DNA from: Narcine bancroftii
Taxonomy: Eukaryota
Direction of reading: 5' to 3'
Length of the DNA: 64,000 nt
Assembly (NCBI RefSeq): GCF_036971445.1
Contig: NC_091470.1
Location: 209,560,001-209,624,000 of the forward strand
In this document: piece after piece, positions 61,774-64,000 of the stretch
How the letters are laid out: each line of letters opens with the position of its first letter
How positions within the stretch are numbered: the stretch's first letter is position 1
Translations under genes and position numbers: made by a program
Notes under the pieces: generated by a model
Databases searched by the model: none
The model's input: the letters and a program-made list of their open reading frames with translations, nothing else
Told to the model about the DNA's origin: nothing

Positions 61774-62502
61774 TCACTCATTGGAGGTGAAGGACCTCTT
61801 GCCGGTGTGAATCTGCCGGTGGGACTTCAGGCCAGAGGAGCGAGCGAAGCCCTTGCCACACTCGAGGCAGGTGAAGGGCCTCTCACCAGTGTGGATCCGC
61901 CGGTGAATCTTCAGGCTGGAGGAGCGGGTGAAGCCTTTGCCACAAGCGAGGCAGGTGAAGGGCCTCTCACCGGTGTGGATCCGCCGATGGGACTTCAGGT
62001 GAGAGGAGTGGGTGAAGCACTTGCCACACACGGGGCAGGTGAAGGGTTTCTCCCTGGTATGGATCCGCTGGTGGGATGTCAGGTTAGACGAGTGGGTGAA
62101 GCCCTTGCCGCATACGGAGCAGGTAAAGGGCCTCTCACCGGTGTGAACTCTCCGGTGGATAATAAAGTTTGATGATTGACTGAACCCCTTGCCGCACTCA
62201 GGGCAAGTAAAAGGCTTTTCCCCAGTGTGGATCCGCCGGTGGGACTTAAGGTGAGAAGACTGGGTAAAGCCCTTGCCACACTCAGGACAGGTGAAGGCCC
62301 ACTCACCAGTGTGAACCTGCCAGTGGGTCAGCAAGTCTGGTGATCGACTGAACCCCTTTCCACACTCAAGGCAGGTGAAAGGCTTCTCGCCAATGTGGAC
62401 CCTCTGGTGGGTTAGGAGGTGAGAGGACTTAGCAAACCCCTTTCCACACTCCGAGCAGGTGAATGGTTGTTCCCCGGTGTGGGCCTGCTCGTGGGCACTC
62501 AT
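61774..62502 (-). CDS. Tandem C2H2 zinc-finger protein B, 8 intact fingers; paralog of A
   Basis: Eight CxxC...HxxxH units; first ATG at 62502; acceptor at about 62654; degenerate fingers after the stop to about 61600. Confidence 0.88.
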   Translation of the reverse strand: MSAHEQAHTGEQPFTCSECGKGFAKSSHLLTHQRVHIGEKPFTCLECGKGFSRSPDLLTHWQVHTGEWAFTCPECGKGFTQSSHLKSHRRIHTGEKPFTCPECGKGFSQSSNFIIHRRVHTGERPFTCSVCGKGFTHSSNLTSHQRIHTREKPFTCPVCGKCFTHSSHLKSHRRIHTGERPFTCLACGKGFTRSSSLKIHRRIHTGERPFTCLECGKGFARSSGLKSHRQIHTGKRSFTSNE

Positions 62503-62529
62503 TTTGGAAGGCAGAATGGACCCCTTCAC

Positions 62530-64000
62530 TCACAGCAGATGAGTGACCAGGTTTTGGTTAGGATGTGCTCTCGATGCCCCAAATCATCGGGGAAAAGAAC
62601 ACGGTGTTTGCTTCAGATTCACCCATCTACTTCCAGGTAAAGTCCAGTTAATCCTGAAGCACAAATTTCAGTCTGGGACAGAAAATTGTTTAACAAGTAT
62701 CAACAGTGATTGATCACTTTTAACAGCAATGTGGAAAATAAATTATTTAGCTTCACTCCTGTTTAATTCATCAAAGCCTCTCAGATGTGTTTCCCTCAGT
62801 GACTTTCTCTGTGCAACTGGCCAAAATTCCTTGCAGAGTCAGTGGTCCTTTACACTCTTATTCGGGGATGTGAATCTCACTGCCTTGCCGGTCACACTGT
62901 GGCTTGCAATCTCTTCTCAGAAATAAAACACGCAAGCATCGCCTCTTCGCTGACGTGACTGGTGCTAATGTTGCCTTTGATTCCCATCCACAAATCCTCT
63001 GCTTTTATCACCCTGTAAAACAAGTGTACCCACGTCATTATTTAGAGAAAGGCCGCAAGGTAGAACAGGTCACTTTGGCCTCTGTGGTCAGATGTCGGCT
63101 GTATTCCCACCTCAGTCAGGAAGTTGGGGCATTCTAAGCGTTAATTGAGCCAAGAAGATCATTGAATCATAAAGGTAATGAGAGTTTTGTAAAGGGTCCC
63201 AACCTGAAACGTTGGCCTTGGATGCGACCTGACCCACTAACTCCCTGCAGCTTCCCATTGTTCACTCAAAATTCCAGCATTTGCAGTTTTTGTGTTCTTC
63301 TGTAGAGGGTTTCATTTACTGGGAATTAAATTTAGTTCATTGACCATTTTAAACTCAGTCCCATTTGAAGCTGTCTCCTCAACCATGTGGATGTCAGCAA
63401 AATCTGGAAAACCACTCAGCTCCAAATCCATCCACATGCATTTCTCAATTCACTCAGCTGACTGACAGGGAGAGTTCGACTGGCGAGTGAAACCAATAGA
63501 GTTAAACGAGGAAGTATGCAGACACTGAGGTTGAGTGCTACACACAAACCTGCTGGAGAAACTCAGCTGGTCACGCAGCATCCATGGGAAATAAAGGGGA
63601 ACTTATTCCTTGAAGTGCTCAGGTCTCAAACGATGGTAATAATCTTTACCTCCTCTGGTCATTGCAAGATCGGTCGAGTTCCTCTAGCATTTCTGTGTGT
63701 TTTTATTACCAACATTTCCGGCCTAGGCCCTTGCTCAGATATAAGCAAAAACAGACAGGCATCAGAATAAAAAGGTGTGGGTGGGGGAAGGTGCCCGTAA
63801 ATTGGAGCAACACCACCTTGTATTCTATCTGGGCCCTCTCCAATCAGACAGCATTCCCACTCCTATCAGAGAGTTACTCTTTCTCCCATCACTTCACGGG
63901 TTTTCTCTTCCACCCTCTCACCTGTGTCCACTTTTGTCCTCCTCCACCATTTCCGTCACCTACTACGTGACCCCACCACAAGACACAAACTGTATTCCTT
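62530..64000. repeat. Segmental duplication: paralogous to 34920-36350
   Basis: Collinear non-coding similarity (e.g. gcctcttcgctgacgtgactggtgctaatgttg; cagctccaaatccatccacatgcatttctcaattcactc), including the shared Penelope fragment. Confidence 0.9.

Overview
Vertebrate genomic DNA, most likely from a cartilaginous fish (inferred from CR1/Rex/V-SINE/Penelope repeat content and the tandem C2H2 genes); two N gaps. Left half: the 5' part of EIF5A (minus strand: first coding exon plus a probable CpG-island non-coding exon 1) lies head-to-head with a complete multi-exon Y-box gene (plus strand, 13.5-31.7 kb) whose sequence and synteny point to YBX2. This gene has a GC-AG intron that splits the 'exon 5' block as in YBX3, and an apparent 1-nt frameshift in the resulting cassette-like exon. 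Right half: two paralogous tandem C2H2 zinc-finger genes (15 and 8 fingers, minus strand) flank about 22 kb of densely nested transposons: Gypsy and BEL/Pao remnants, solo LTRs, L1 ORF2 debris and a two-gene Harbinger with both ends. The strongest novelty candidate is a young 2.4-kb L1 derivative with intact ORF1, almost no ORF2, poly(A) tail and 12-bp TSD (HAL1-like non-autonomous element). Also notable is a perfectly homogeneous 33-bp hairpin-containing minisatellite that arose inside a Penelope fragment in the EIF5A intron. All calls were made by eye; no searches were run.
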